A stretch of 24,000 bases of DNA from Pseudomonadota bacterium (GTDB taxonomy: Bacteria; Pseudomonadota; Gammaproteobacteria; UBA5335): contig JAXHTV010000003.1 in NCBI GenBank assembly GCA_034189865.1, positions 109,318 through 133,317 of the forward strand, read 5' to 3'. A model generated the notes under the pieces. That model had not been told where the DNA came from, ran no database searches, and worked only from the letters and a program-made list of their open reading frames with translations. Of this stretch, positions 1-8,946 are shown one piece after another (positions within the stretch are counted from its first letter, which is position 1; each line of letters opens with the position of its first letter). Both the position numbers and the translations under genes were made by a program.

Positions 1-1869
1 GTTGACCTGAAGGAACGGGTCGAAGACGCCGTACTGAATCGGCGGCCCGACGCAACGGAGCGGCTACTCGAGATCGCCGATAGCATCAAGGGACAAGCTA
101 GCCAATCCGCAACTCAGGATCTGGCTTGGCGCGACTGGCCGGTAGGCAAGCGCTTGAGCCATGCCCTGGTCAAAGGCGTCACAGACTATATCGAGGAGGA
201 CACGGAGGAAGCTCGGCTATCCTTCGAGCATCCATTGCAAGTTATCGAAGGTCCCCTGATGGACGGCATGAACATCGTCGGCGACTTGTTCGGCGACGGC
301 AAAATGTTTTTGCCCCAAGTCGTAAAAAGTGCGCGGGTGATGAAAAAGGCCGTGGCCTACTTGATTCCTTTCATCGAAGCGGCGAAGTCCGAGGAAGAAA
401 GGAAACAGCGTTCTGCCGGCAAGATACTCATGGCGACCGTTAAGGGCGATGTCCACGACATCGGAAAAAACATCGTCGGGGTGGTCTTGCAGTGCAACAA
501 CTTCGAAGTGATCGACCTGGGCGTGATGGTCCCGGCACAAGAGATTTTGTCGGTGGCACAGAAAGAGCAAGTCGATGTCATCGGACTTTCCGGATTGATC
601 ACGCCATCACTGGATGAAATGGTCTACGTCGCATCGGAAATTCATCGACTTGGGTTCACAGTGCCGCTGCTGATTGGTGGTGCTACCACGTCGCGAGTTC
701 ACACCGCCGTCAAAATCGCACCCGAGTACAATGGATCCGTTGTGTATGTCAAAGATGCCTCCCGCGCCGTCGGCGTGGCATCCAGTCTGTTGAGCAAAAC
801 CTTAAGCGGAGAGTTTCGTCGCCAAATTCAGGACGAATACGATGCGGTTCGGGAACGCCATAAGAATCGCAAGAAACGAACGCCGCTATTACCACTTGAA
901 CAAGCCAGAGAAAACCGGGTCCCCATCGATTGGAGTACTCACCAAACTATCGTCCCGCGGCTTAAGGGCGTTCACGTCATCAAGGAATACCCTCTGAAGG
1001 ACCTGGTTCCGTATATCGACTGGACACCATTTTTTAAAACCTGGGAGCTGGCGGGAAGCTACCCGAAAATTCTCGGCGACCCGATCGTCGGTGAACAGGC
1101 TCGCCAGCTGTATGAAGATGCCAAACGGATGTTGGATCAACTGGTGGCTGAGAAATGGTTGGAAGCCAACGCGGTGATCGGAATCTTTCCCGCGAATACC
1201 GTCAACTGCGATGATATCGAGTTATATGTTGACGACAATCGTGACGGTGTCTTGACCACCTTGCATCACCTCAGACAACAACAAGTCAAACCGGAAGGTC
1301 GACCGAACCACTGTTTATCCGACTTCATCGCACCCAAGGAATCGGGGATACCAGACCATATCGGCGCTTTTGTGGTGACAGTCGGGCTAGGCTGCGACGA
1401 TATCGCCGCTCGTTACGAACAAGATCATGATGACTATAGCGCCATCATGGTCAAGGCGTTAGCAGACCGACTGGCCGAAGCCTTCGCCGAGCGCATGCAT
1501 GAACTTATCCGAAAGGAATTCTGGGGTTACGCTACGGATGAGCATTTGGACAACAAAGCGTTAATAGACGAAAAATATGTCGGCATCAGACCGGCTCCCG
1601 GCTATCCAGCTTGCCCCGATCACACCGAGAAATCTCTGCTTTGGGATCTGCTCGACGCCGAAGCGAATACCGGTGTGCACTTGACGGAGAGCTTTGCCAT
1701 GTGGCCACCCGCGTCCGTCAGCGGCTGGTATTTCAGCCACCCGCAATCACGGTACTTCGGCCTGGGTTCAATCGGCCGGGATCAAGTTGCCGACTATGCC
1801 CGACGGAAAGACATGACAATCGAGGCGGTCGAACGTTGGCTGGCGCCCAATTTGGGCTACGACAACTGA
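1..1869 (+). CDS. metH: Cobalamin-dependent methionine synthase MetH, C-terminal part (5' end outside window)
   Basis: Frame 1 is open from base 1, with no stop in 1-153. The track ORF at 154 starts at an internal TTG. The translation carries the B12-binding DxHxxG motif (GDVHDIGKN), [13 protein letters not shown], and the AdoMet-activation domain ([15 protein letters not shown]). It is collinear with the E. coli MetH C-terminal cap, B12 and activation modules. Confidence 0.95.
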   Translation, partial: VDLKERVEDAVLNRRPDATERLLEIADSIKGQASQSATQDLAWRDWPVGKRLSHALVKGVTDYIEEDTEEARLSFEHPLQVIEGPLMDGMNIVGDLFGDGKMFLPQVVKSARVMKKAVAYLIPFIEAAKSEEERKQRSAGKILMATVKGDVHDIGKNIVGVVLQCNNFEVIDLGVMVPAQEILSVAQKEQVDVIGLSGLITPSLDEMVYVASEIHRLGFTVPLLIGGATTSRVHTAVKIAPEYNGSVVYVKDASRAVGVASSLLSKTLSGEFRRQIQDEYDAVRERHKNRKKRTPLLPLEQARENRVPIDWSTHQTIVPRLKGVHVIKEYPLKDLVPYIDWTPFFKTWELAGSYPKILGDPIVGEQARQLYEDAKRMLDQLVAEKWLEANAVIGIFPANTVNCDDIELYVDDNRDGVLTTLHHLRQQQVKPEGRPNHCLSDFIAPKESGIPDHIGAFVVTVGLGCDDIAARYEQDHDDYSAIMVKALADRLAEAFAERMHELIRKEFWGYATDEHLDNKALIDEKYVGIRPAPGYPACPDHTEKSLLWDLLDAEANTGVHLTESFAMWPPASVSGWYFSHPQSRYFGLGSIGRDQVADYARRKDMTIEAVERWLAPNLGYDN

Positions 1870-2143
1870 TCCGATTGTTTCGAGATACTTATCGCAGATC
1901 TCAACGACACCCTCCGTTAAGCCCACCTGTTTAAGCTTAGGGCGTACCCTTGCCTAATCGCCCGTTGGCACGGGGACCTCGACTCATGCGTTGCCCCGCG
2001 AGAATTATTTTATCCCATTAAAGCCCCCTATCCCATGGCCGATACAAGGCCAGAGCATACCCGTTGTATCGGGTCGTTCACTTAACAAACCATGTTTAAT
2101 CGGCGCCTCGTCGAAGCAGTCACGGCAGTGGGAGAATCCAGCA

Positions 2144-3763
2144 ATGCAATGGGTGATGAATCTGTCTATCCGCCACAAATTCCTGGCCATCGCTCTTGTT
2201 GGACTCATGGGGTTCGTCGGATATTTCGCCTACAACGTCAGCGTGAGCCGAAGCAACGATGGGCGCTTAAACGAAATCCAAAATGTGCTCTACCCCGTTC
2301 TGGATCGAGCCAATGCCAATCGTCCTCGACTTGAGAAAATCTCCGAGATCCTGAATTCGGCTGTTACCGCCGGTGATACCGACCTGCTATCCACAGCGGA
2401 TCAAGTGAAAGCGCAGATGGATACATCCCTGACTGAACTCGTCGCGCTGCTTCCGTCGGAAAAAGCACGCATCGAAGCCATTCAGAGCCATCTGGCAACC
2501 TATTATGATAGTGCTCGAGAACTGTCCGAAGTTATGATTCGTGGCAACGTCGACCCCAATACATTGGGACAACGGGCCCAAGCCATGACCATGGCGCTGG
2601 ATCAGGTCACCGCGGATCTCAACGAGTTTGCTCAGGATCGCTATCAGCGTTTTAGCGACACCATCGCCGCCACTAACCAAGCCACCAGTCGGGCTTTGAT
2701 CATCGGGATAGGCATCGGTCTTGTCACCATGATCATTATGATCATCACCGCAATGGCCATCGCTTCGAAAACCTCCGCCAACATCGAATCCGTATTGGCA
2801 TCACTTCGAGAAATGGCCAATGGCGAAGGCGATCTGACCAAAAGACTGGAAACCAACGTAAAAGACGAAATCGGTGACCTCGTCCACGAATTCAATGCGT
2901 TTGTTCGAAACCTTCAACAAATTGTTGGACAAATCGCCGCGGCCTCGACACAGATTGCGGCTTCCGCCGAACGAACCGCCGGTAGCACACAAGAATCTCA
3001 GGAAGGCATGGCAAGACAAAAGGTCGAATCGGAGCATTTGGTCACTGCCATCGATGAAATGTCCGCAACGGTTGCCGACGTAGCACGCAACGCAGCAGCA
3101 GCCGCAGAATCCGCGCGCGAAGCGGACCACGAAGCGCACAAAGGCAAAGAAGTCGTCGATGGCACGGTAATGACCATCAACACCCTCGCATCGGAAGTCG
3201 AACGCGCCGCTGAAGCAATGCAAACGCTCCATGCCGACACCGAAGAAGTCGGTACGGTCATGGATGTGATCCGGGGTATCGCTGAGCAAACCAACCTACT
3301 GGCCCTGAATGCCGCTATCGAAGCTGCCCGGGCGGGAGAACATGGACGCGGCTTTGCAGTCGTCGCCGATGAGGTGCGTACGCTCGCATCACGCACCCAG
3401 GAATCGACCGTCAAAATCGAAAAAACCATTGAACAATTGCGCGGTGGGGCCAACTCGGTCGGCGATGTATTGCTCCATAGCCGCGATGCGGCGAAACGTA
3501 GTGTTGAAAATGCGGCGAAAGCCGGAAAATCCCTCGAGGCAATCACCACAATGGCGGCCACCATCAGTGACATGAATCGACAGATCGCTACGGCCACGGA
3601 GGAACAAAGTGCTGTGGCCAACGAAATTCAACTGAACGTAAATCAGATTCGCGACATTGCCGAACAATCGAATAGCAGTGCCGAGCAAATCGCTTTTTCC
3701 AATAAGGAACTCGCGGATCTAGCCATCGGATTACAGAGCTTGGTCGGCAAGTTCAAAATCTAA
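2144..3763 (+). CDS. Methyl-accepting chemotaxis protein (two TM segments, helical periplasmic domain, HAMP, MCP signalling domain)
   Basis: I place the start at ATG 2144, with GGAGAA 7 nt upstream, rather than the track start 1991. Two TM segments (FLAIALVGLMGFVGYFAY and ALIIGIGIGLVTMIIMIITAMAIA) flank a helical region of about 190 aa. A HAMP-like segment follows (DEIGDLVHEFNAFVRNL). The conserved MCP hairpin tip is present: EQTNLLALNAAIEAARAGEHGRGFAVVADEVRTLA. Confidence 0.9.
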   Translation: MQWVMNLSIRHKFLAIALVGLMGFVGYFAYNVSVSRSNDGRLNEIQNVLYPVLDRANANRPRLEKISEILNSAVTAGDTDLLSTADQVKAQMDTSLTELVALLPSEKARIEAIQSHLATYYDSARELSEVMIRGNVDPNTLGQRAQAMTMALDQVTADLNEFAQDRYQRFSDTIAATNQATSRALIIGIGIGLVTMIIMIITAMAIASKTSANIESVLASLREMANGEGDLTKRLETNVKDEIGDLVHEFNAFVRNLQQIVGQIAAASTQIAASAERTAGSTQESQEGMARQKVESEHLVTAIDEMSATVADVARNAAAAAESAREADHEAHKGKEVVDGTVMTINTLASEVERAAEAMQTLHADTEEVGTVMDVIRGIAEQTNLLALNAAIEAARAGEHGRGFAVVADEVRTLASRTQESTVKIEKTIEQLRGGANSVGDVLLHSRDAAKRSVENAAKAGKSLEAITTMAATISDMNRQIATATEEQSAVANEIQLNVNQIRDIAEQSNSSAEQIAFSNKELADLAIGLQSLVGKFKI

Positions 3764-3861
3764 ACTCCGTTCTGTATCCAATCTACTAAACTAAAAATCG
3801 TCCAGAGCGTTTAGTTTCGCTTCTTGCATATCCCCAAACAATTAGGCTAAGAGGAAAAGGA

Positions 3862-4950
3862 ATGAGAAACATCCTGGTCAAGGCCGGCGCAACAGCAATG
3901 GTAGGCATGTTACCCGCAATGAGCTTTGCCGCTTCGGTCAACATCAATGGTTTCGGAACGGCCGCGGCTGCCTGGGCAGACTCCGAAGTGCCCTATTCGG
4001 GTCTAATCGACGACAAAATCAGCTTCGAAGAAGATACCCGTATCGGGCTTCAGTTTTCCGCTGAGATCACCCCGGAACTCACATTTACTACGCAGCTGCT
4101 CGCCCGCGGAGACAGAGAAACGTACGACGTCAAAGCGGACTGGGCCTACGTATCTTACAAATTCAACGATAGCGTGTCGGTCAGGGCGGGCCGCGTCAAA
4201 CTACCGATCCTCCTTGTTTCAGATTACGTGGAAGTCGGTTACGCCTACCCGTGGATTCGACCCCCGGAAGAAATTTACGAGATTGTCCCCTTTAGAGCGA
4301 TATCCGGTGTCGATCTTCCCATCAACTTCCGCTTGGGGCCGTTAGATGGCTTGGTCCAGCTATTTGGCGGCAGTTACGAAGAAGAAATCTTTTACCGCGG
4401 TTTAGACTTGTCAACCAATTCGCGTTTGCTCGGTGCAAACCTGTCCTTGGGCAATGAATCATTCAAGATACGAGCCGGTTACCTTGAGAGCGAACTCGAT
4501 ATCAGCATTGACCCGTTCGCCGCCATCTTCCTACCGCCGGGCGTGGACCCCAGCATAGAAAACGGTGATAGCCGCCTTTACAGCATCGGCTTGAAGCTGG
4601 ATATAGCCAACATCATCGCGCATGCCGAATATGTGGACAGCGAGGTGGATGGCAACGTCGCGGACGTCACCGCATGGTATGCCACCGTGGGCTACCGAAT
4701 CGGAAGTTTCACGCCCCATGTGACCGTCGCCAGCGCGGAAAGTGAAGAAGTCGTGCCCCTTTCAGCTGATCAAGACTCCATAGCCGTCGGCCTACGCTAT
4801 GAGCTGAACAGTTTCTCTGCGTTGAAAGTTGAATGGAAGCAAGTTGAGCCGACGGGCGGCACCGCTGGACTTTTTGAGCCCGAACCGGGTGAATCGTTGT
4901 CTGATGACAAGATCGATGTGGTGAGCGTCGGTTTAGATTTCGTTTTCTGA
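3862..4950 (+). CDS. Porin-like outer-membrane beta-barrel protein (family not recognised)
   Basis: ATG 3862 follows AAGAGGAAAAGG. There is an N-terminal signal peptide (..MLPAMSFA). The sequence alternates amphipathic strand-like segments and ends in ...VSVGLDFVF, with the C-terminal Phe typical of OMP barrels. It is paralogous to 5461-6555. Confidence 0.75.
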   Translation: MRNILVKAGATAMVGMLPAMSFAASVNINGFGTAAAAWADSEVPYSGLIDDKISFEEDTRIGLQFSAEITPELTFTTQLLARGDRETYDVKADWAYVSYKFNDSVSVRAGRVKLPILLVSDYVEVGYAYPWIRPPEEIYEIVPFRAISGVDLPINFRLGPLDGLVQLFGGSYEEEIFYRGLDLSTNSRLLGANLSLGNESFKIRAGYLESELDISIDPFAAIFLPPGVDPSIENGDSRLYSIGLKLDIANIIAHAEYVDSEVDGNVADVTAWYATVGYRIGSFTPHVTVASAESEEVVPLSADQDSIAVGLRYELNSFSALKVEWKQVEPTGGTAGLFEPEPGESLSDDKIDVVSVGLDFVF

Positions 4951-4962
4951 GGACCAGATCAA

Positions 4963-5397
4963 ATGCGAAGTAATAATATTTTGAATCAAGGGCTTCTGGT
5001 TGCCGCTATGCTGTCGTTATGCGGATTCGCACATGCGGAGTTGGCGATCGTGGTTCACCCTGACAATTCCATCCAAAGCATCAGCGTCGATGATGTTAAA
5101 CGCATTTTTGAGGGGAAATCTTCCAGTTTTCCAACCGGCCAAACCGCTGAGCCGATCAATCAAGCAGAAGGTAGTTCGAATCGGGCCGAATTCCTCGACA
5201 AAGTGCTCAATAAAAACGAAAGCCAACTCAAGGCCTATTGGTCTCAGCGCATTTTCACCGGAAAAGGCAGCCCGCCCAACACCGTGGCCGACGATGCTGC
5301 GGTTAAGGCGTGGATCACCGGGAATCCGTCGGGATTGGGATACATCAGCGCGGCTGCAGTCGATGACAGCGTGAAAGTTGTAACCCGTATACCGTGA
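4963..5397 (+). CDS. Small secreted PstS/PBP-like (phosphate-binding-protein-like) domain protein, 144 aa
   Basis: Signal peptide LLVAAMLSLCGFAHA/E. The mature part resembles the PBP-like pattern: IVVHPDN..ISVDDVKRIFEGK...EGSSNRAEF...GLGYIS. It is only about 120 aa, far shorter than a two-lobed PstS. It starts 12 nt after the porin stop, with GAGGA 9 nt upstream. Confidence 0.7.
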   Translation: MRSNNILNQGLLVAAMLSLCGFAHAELAIVVHPDNSIQSISVDDVKRIFEGKSSSFPTGQTAEPINQAEGSSNRAEFLDKVLNKNESQLKAYWSQRIFTGKGSPPNTVADDAAVKAWITGNPSGLGYISAAAVDDSVKVVTRIP

Positions 5398-5460
5398 GAC
5401 ATTTCGGTCTCAACTCTTCGGTCATAGCGGCGAGATGACATGATTATAGGGAGATGAACC

Positions 5461-6555
5461 ATGTCGAAACAACGACGAATGTTATGGAGAGCATTCGGTT
5501 TTTGTGGTGTGTGCTTACCGCTCAGCGCCTTCGCGATTGACGTAGAGATCCATGGGTTCGGAACGGCAGGAGCGGCGTGGGCTGATTCCGAAGTCACCTA
5601 CCTCGGGTTTATCGACGATAAAGTCAGTTTCGAAAAGGATACGCGAATCGGACTTCAATTCGCCGCCGGAATCACACCGGAACTGACCTTCAACGCCCAA
5701 CTCATCGCCCGCGGAGAGTTGGACACCTACGATGTAAAGGCCGACTGGGGATTCATTTCCTACCAGATCAATGACAATTGGTCGGTTCGGGCGGGTCGAC
5801 TCAAACTGCCCACGTACATGGAATCGGAAGTCTTTTACGTGGGCTACGCCTATCCCTGGGTTCGACCGGTCGAAGAAGTCTATGACATCGTACCCGTTAC
5901 CGCCTTGACGGGCGTAGCGATTCCCTTCGAAACGACAATCGGCGGCTTGGACCTAGGGCTACAACTGCTGTACGGAGGCTTCGAAGAAAACCGAAGCATC
6001 TCGGGCCTAGAGGTTCGAACCGAGGTCCGGAATACCTGGGTACTCACGGCGAACGTCGGCGGTGAGAACTGGCAACTTCACGGCACTTACATCGACACCG
6101 AGTTAACGACCGATGCCAATCTGGATCCCATTACGGCCCTGCTGATTCCCGCGGGGGCAGATCCTACAGCGCTCAATGAACCAGCAACGATTTGGTCCGT
6201 AGGATTCAAGTTCGACTGGCTCAACATCGTGGGTCAGGCCGAATATGTCGATTTCGACTCTAATGAAGGCCCTCTCGGTCGGGATACGGGTTGGTATACC
6301 ACGCTCGGCTATCGGATTGGTCAATTCCTGCCCCATGTAACCTATGCCGAAGCGGAAGCTGACGACGTCGGTTTTTACTCGGAGGATCAGCGATCCTGGG
6401 CCGCGGGAGTACGCTGGAACGTCAACGCCGCTTCCGCGTTGAAGTTCGAATGGAAACAAGCCGAGCCCTTGAACGGTACCAGCGGTTTGTTCGATGACTT
6501 CCCGGAAAAGGACAAGGTCGACATCGTGAGTCTGGCATTCGATTTCGTGTTTTAG
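5461..6555 (+). CDS. Porin-like outer-membrane beta-barrel protein, paralogue of 3862-4950
   Basis: GGGAG lies 7 nt upstream of ATG 5461. Signal peptide ..CLPLSAFA. Long collinear identity with the first porin, for example GFGTAGAAWADSEVTY..DDKVSFEKDTRIGLQF..TPELTF..DVKADW..SVRAGRLKLP. It ends in ...VSLAFDFVF. Confidence 0.75.
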   Translation: MSKQRRMLWRAFGFCGVCLPLSAFAIDVEIHGFGTAGAAWADSEVTYLGFIDDKVSFEKDTRIGLQFAAGITPELTFNAQLIARGELDTYDVKADWGFISYQINDNWSVRAGRLKLPTYMESEVFYVGYAYPWVRPVEEVYDIVPVTALTGVAIPFETTIGGLDLGLQLLYGGFEENRSISGLEVRTEVRNTWVLTANVGGENWQLHGTYIDTELTTDANLDPITALLIPAGADPTALNEPATIWSVGFKFDWLNIVGQAEYVDFDSNEGPLGRDTGWYTTLGYRIGQFLPHVTYAEAEADDVGFYSEDQRSWAAGVRWNVNAASALKFEWKQAEPLNGTSGLFDDFPEKDKVDIVSLAFDFVF

Positions 6556-6582
6556 AAAACACTCGCTTAATCCAACTAAAAA

Positions 6583-6608
6583 GGCGGCATGGATCGCTCC
6601 ATGCCGCC
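6583..6608. terminator. Bidirectional intrinsic terminator between the convergent porin and nadA genes
   Basis: Perfect 11-bp stem GGCGGCATGGA / TCCATGCCGCC with a 4-nt loop (TCGC). AAAAA lies on the left, giving a U5 tract for the minus-strand nadA transcript. TTATCTATCT lies on the right. Confidence 0.7.
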
Positions 6609-6673
6609 TTATCTATCTCATCCAGCCGTGACCAAATGCCACCGACAAGGGTCACATTGACTGATGATGCGGC

Positions 6674-7750
6674 TTAAGCGGTGGCGACCTCCAGCTGCTC
6701 TACCCGTCGCGCCTGGCCGGTTCCGACGGCCAGCATGCGCTCTACGGCCTGACGAGCCCTCACGGCAATCTCCGGATCTACGGTGACCTCGGGTGACAAA
6801 CTCACGAGTGACTCCAATACTTTCGGCAGTGTAATTCGCTTCATGTGCGGGCACATATTACATGGCCGAACGAAATCGACTTTCGGAAATTCGACCGACA
6901 CGTTGTCACTCATAGAGCATTCGGTCACCATCACCACCTTTCCCGGGCGGGCTTGAGCGATATGACTGATCATGCCCGAGGTCGACCCGACGAAATCAGC
7001 TTCCTCAAGCACATCGGGGGGACATTCAGGGTGAGCGATGATGTGTACACCCGGGTGCATATCCCGGTACTGCCTCAATTCGTCGCCACTAAATCGCTCG
7101 TGAACCTCACAGCTCCCTTCCCACAGGATCACTTCAACATCTGTTTGGCTGGCAACCCAACGCCCTAAATACTGATCCGGCGTAAAAATCACCCGATCAA
7201 CCCCCAACGACTCCACCACTTCCACGGCATTCGCTGACGTACAGCAAATATCGGACTCGGCTTTGACATCGGCACTGGTGTTCACGTAGCTAACCACCGG
7301 CACGCCGGGATACCGCTTTTTCATTGCCCTCAAGCCTTCCGCGGTAATGGATGCCGCGAGAGAACAACCCGCCTCAACATCGGGTATCAGCACGGTCTTT
7401 TCGGGACTCAAAATTTTCGACGTCTCAGCCATAAAATGGACGCCGCATTGAACAATCACGTCGGCATCGGCCTGCGCGGCTTGCTGGGCAAGACCGAGGG
7501 AATCGCCGGTGTAATCAGCGATACCGTGATAGATTTCCGGTGTTTGATAGTTATGCGCCAAAACCAATGCATTGCGTTCGCGTTTTAACTTATTGATCGC
7601 TGCGACATATGGTGCGTGAACTGCCCATTCCACTTTTGGCATCACACCTTTCATGCGCTCATAAATGGGCGCAAGCTCATGTTCGAGCGCTGCATCGTAT
7701 TTCGGTAACTGGAAGCGCAATTCCAACCGTTGTTCCGGTACGTTCATCAT
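6674..7750 (-). CDS. nadA: Quinolinate synthase NadA
   Basis: Typical NadA blocks are present: LAHNYQ, VHFMAETSKIL, GCSLA, YVNTSA.VKA, CTS.NA, HPECP and VGSTSGMI. I place the start at ATG 7750 (MMNVPEQ...), with GAGGAGAGG 9 nt upstream, rather than the track start 7792. Confidence 0.93.
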   Translation of the reverse strand: MMNVPEQRLELRFQLPKYDAALEHELAPIYERMKGVMPKVEWAVHAPYVAAINKLKRERNALVLAHNYQTPEIYHGIADYTGDSLGLAQQAAQADADVIVQCGVHFMAETSKILSPEKTVLIPDVEAGCSLAASITAEGLRAMKKRYPGVPVVSYVNTSADVKAESDICCTSANAVEVVESLGVDRVIFTPDQYLGRWVASQTDVEVILWEGSCEVHERFSGDELRQYRDMHPGVHIIAHPECPPDVLEEADFVGSTSGMISHIAQARPGKVVMVTECSMSDNVSVEFPKVDFVRPCNMCPHMKRITLPKVLESLVSLSPEVTVDPEIAVRARQAVERMLAVGTGQARRVEQLEVATA

Positions 7751-7833
7751 GCCTGAAACCCTCTCCTCGCCTTTTTTACGCCGTATGATCACTATTTTCT
7801 TAACCGGCAGGCGACAACCGGCGTTGCATTCTC

Positions 7834-7856
7834 GTTATACTAGACTTGAGTATAAC
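7834..7856. promoter_or_regulatory. Palindromic operator candidate GTTATACT-N7-AGTATAAC, overlapping the spacer and -10 of the nadA promoter
   Basis: Perfect 8-bp inverted arms at 7834-7841 and 7849-7856, separated by 7 nt. It sits between the Nudix-like wHTH regulator gene and nadA. I saw no second copy of the motif elsewhere in the window. Confidence 0.5.
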
Positions 7857-7865
7857 TATAGTCAA
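7837..7865 (-). promoter_or_regulatory. Candidate sigma70 promoter for nadA (TTGACT - 17 nt - TAGTAT on the minus strand)
   Basis: Read on the minus strand, TTGACT is at 7865-7860, followed by a 17-nt spacer and TAGTAT at 7842-7837. This is about 85 nt upstream of the nadA ATG and immediately after the upstream gene's stop codon. Confidence 0.45.
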
Positions 7866-7866
7866 C

Positions 7867-8937
7867 TTACTGATGCTTCGCAGGTAAACCGACACCAAGA
7901 CCGGGACGCTCTCGTAGAACTCTTCGGCGGAAACGAAACAACTTAGCCGGTCTACCTCCGGTGGCATGTTCACGTTCGCCGGTACTGGCTACCAGCCCAC
8001 CCTGCTCTACCAATCGACGAAAATTCTGCTTGTGCAAACGAACCCCTGAGAGCGCTTCGACCACTCGTTGTAGCTGCAGCAGGGTGAACTCAGGGGGCAG
8101 TAGCTCAAACACAACCGGCCGGTACTTGATTTTTCCGCGAATACGGCCCATCGCCGTCGCAAGAATGCGGCGGTGATCCAGTCCCATAGGTCGTCCGGGC
8201 ATTAACGGAAGATTCGACGGCTGCTGTTGATTCCTCCGTGATTCGGGAACCATACCGGCTTCGTAGAGAAGTTCGTACCGATCAAGCACCCGCTCCGGAT
8301 CCCAAGCAGCGCCCGACAAGCCGAAGTTGATGTCAACTCGTTCACGGAGCGTGTCGGCCAATTCGTGGTGATCAACACCCTCGATCCATCGCTCCAAAGC
8401 GGGCGCGATAGTGCTGTCGATGAGCTCCGGGCGCCCTTGCCGCCAGTCTTCCCAGGGAAAATACGCATACCATTCTCGCCAATCAGAATGAAGGGCCGGA
8501 CGATGCTCCCGAACCAAAGCGAGATAGGCAACGGAAATAACGCGTCGCCCCTCCATGCGTTCAGTCGGATCACGCGAAGCGTCGCCGAAAGTGTACAGCT
8601 GCTCGACATATCCCAGAGACAGATCCGCTTGTCGTTCGACCCAATTTCGCAGTGCCAACTCCAAGGTAAGATCCCGTTCTGGATCAAGTGGACCGGATGG
8701 CAACGCATCAAGTCCATCTCCGACGTCGATCTGGCCGCCAATTTCGCTGGCTGCAAAATGCTCGTAAGGTACAGTGAGAATACGGGGGGCTTCATCGGTG
8801 ACCGCGACGATCACGGCATTCAGCACAATGAGGAACTCAGGGTGTCCAGCAGTAGAAGCGCTCATGGGGCATCCCGGCAACGAGACCAACTCCAAGTGGT
8901 CCAACGGTGTTCTTGATTCATTGTCCCGGTCAACCAA
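7867..8937 (-). CDS. Nudix-like domain + C-terminal winged-helix transcriptional regulator of NAD metabolism (NadQ/NrtR class); start uncertain (TTG 8937 or ATG 8865)
   Basis: The N-terminal half looks like a Nudix fold with a degenerate Nudix box (GPLDPERDLTLELALRNWVERQ). The C-terminal part looks like a DNA-binding winged helix (FTLLQLQRVVEALSG..LHKQNFRRLV...GGRPAKLFRF). It lies directly upstream of nadA on the same strand. Its size of about 330-356 aa fits the longer NadQ (COG4111)-type better than the short NrtR type. Confidence 0.7.
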   Translation of the reverse strand: MVDRDNESRTPLDHLELVSLPGCPMSASTAGHPEFLIVLNAVIVAVTDEAPRILTVPYEHFAASEIGGQIDVGDGLDALPSGPLDPERDLTLELALRNWVERQADLSLGYVEQLYTFGDASRDPTERMEGRRVISVAYLALVREHRPALHSDWREWYAYFPWEDWRQGRPELIDSTIAPALERWIEGVDHHELADTLRERVDINFGLSGAAWDPERVLDRYELLYEAGMVPESRRNQQQPSNLPLMPGRPMGLDHRRILATAMGRIRGKIKYRPVVFELLPPEFTLLQLQRVVEALSGVRLHKQNFRRLVEQGGLVASTGEREHATGGRPAKLFRFRRRVLRERPGLGVGLPAKHQ

Positions 8938-8946
8938 GGAAGGGGG

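Noticed and set aside
126-602. Short ORFs in other frames or on the other strand overlapping metH (126-443 +, 217-570 -, 357-602 -)
   Set aside because: They lie entirely inside a confidently identified metH reading frame. Their Arg/His-rich composition is typical of off-frame translation.
2040-2071. Hairpin CGATACAA-N16-TTGTATCG in the metH-MCP intergenic region, and the AT-rich hairpin ACTAAAC-N17-GTTTAGT at 3785-3815 after the MCP gene
   Set aside because: The first has no U-tract. The second has a weak 7-bp AT-rich stem with a long loop. Neither is strong enough to call a terminator or a regulatory RNA.
1991-2143. N-terminal 51-codon extension of the MCP ORF (track start at 1991)
   Set aside because: The extension is Pro/Ser-rich (MPRENYFIPLKPPIPWPIQ...), has no SD, and precedes the obvious N-terminus with its TM1. 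ATG 2144 has GGAGAA at the proper spacing.
2387-3688. Antisense and off-frame ORFs within the MCP gene (for example 2998-3621 -, 207 aa; 2801-3289 -, 162 aa)
   Set aside because: These are Ala/Ser/Cys-rich mirror ORFs, as commonly generated opposite Ala-rich MCP coding sequence. They show no start signals or recognisable motifs.
8202-8916. 197-aa (-) and 183-aa (+) ORFs overlapping the Nudix-like regulator gene
   Set aside because: These are alternative frames of a gene with a coherent domain architecture. Their translations look low-complexity and Ser/Arg-rich.
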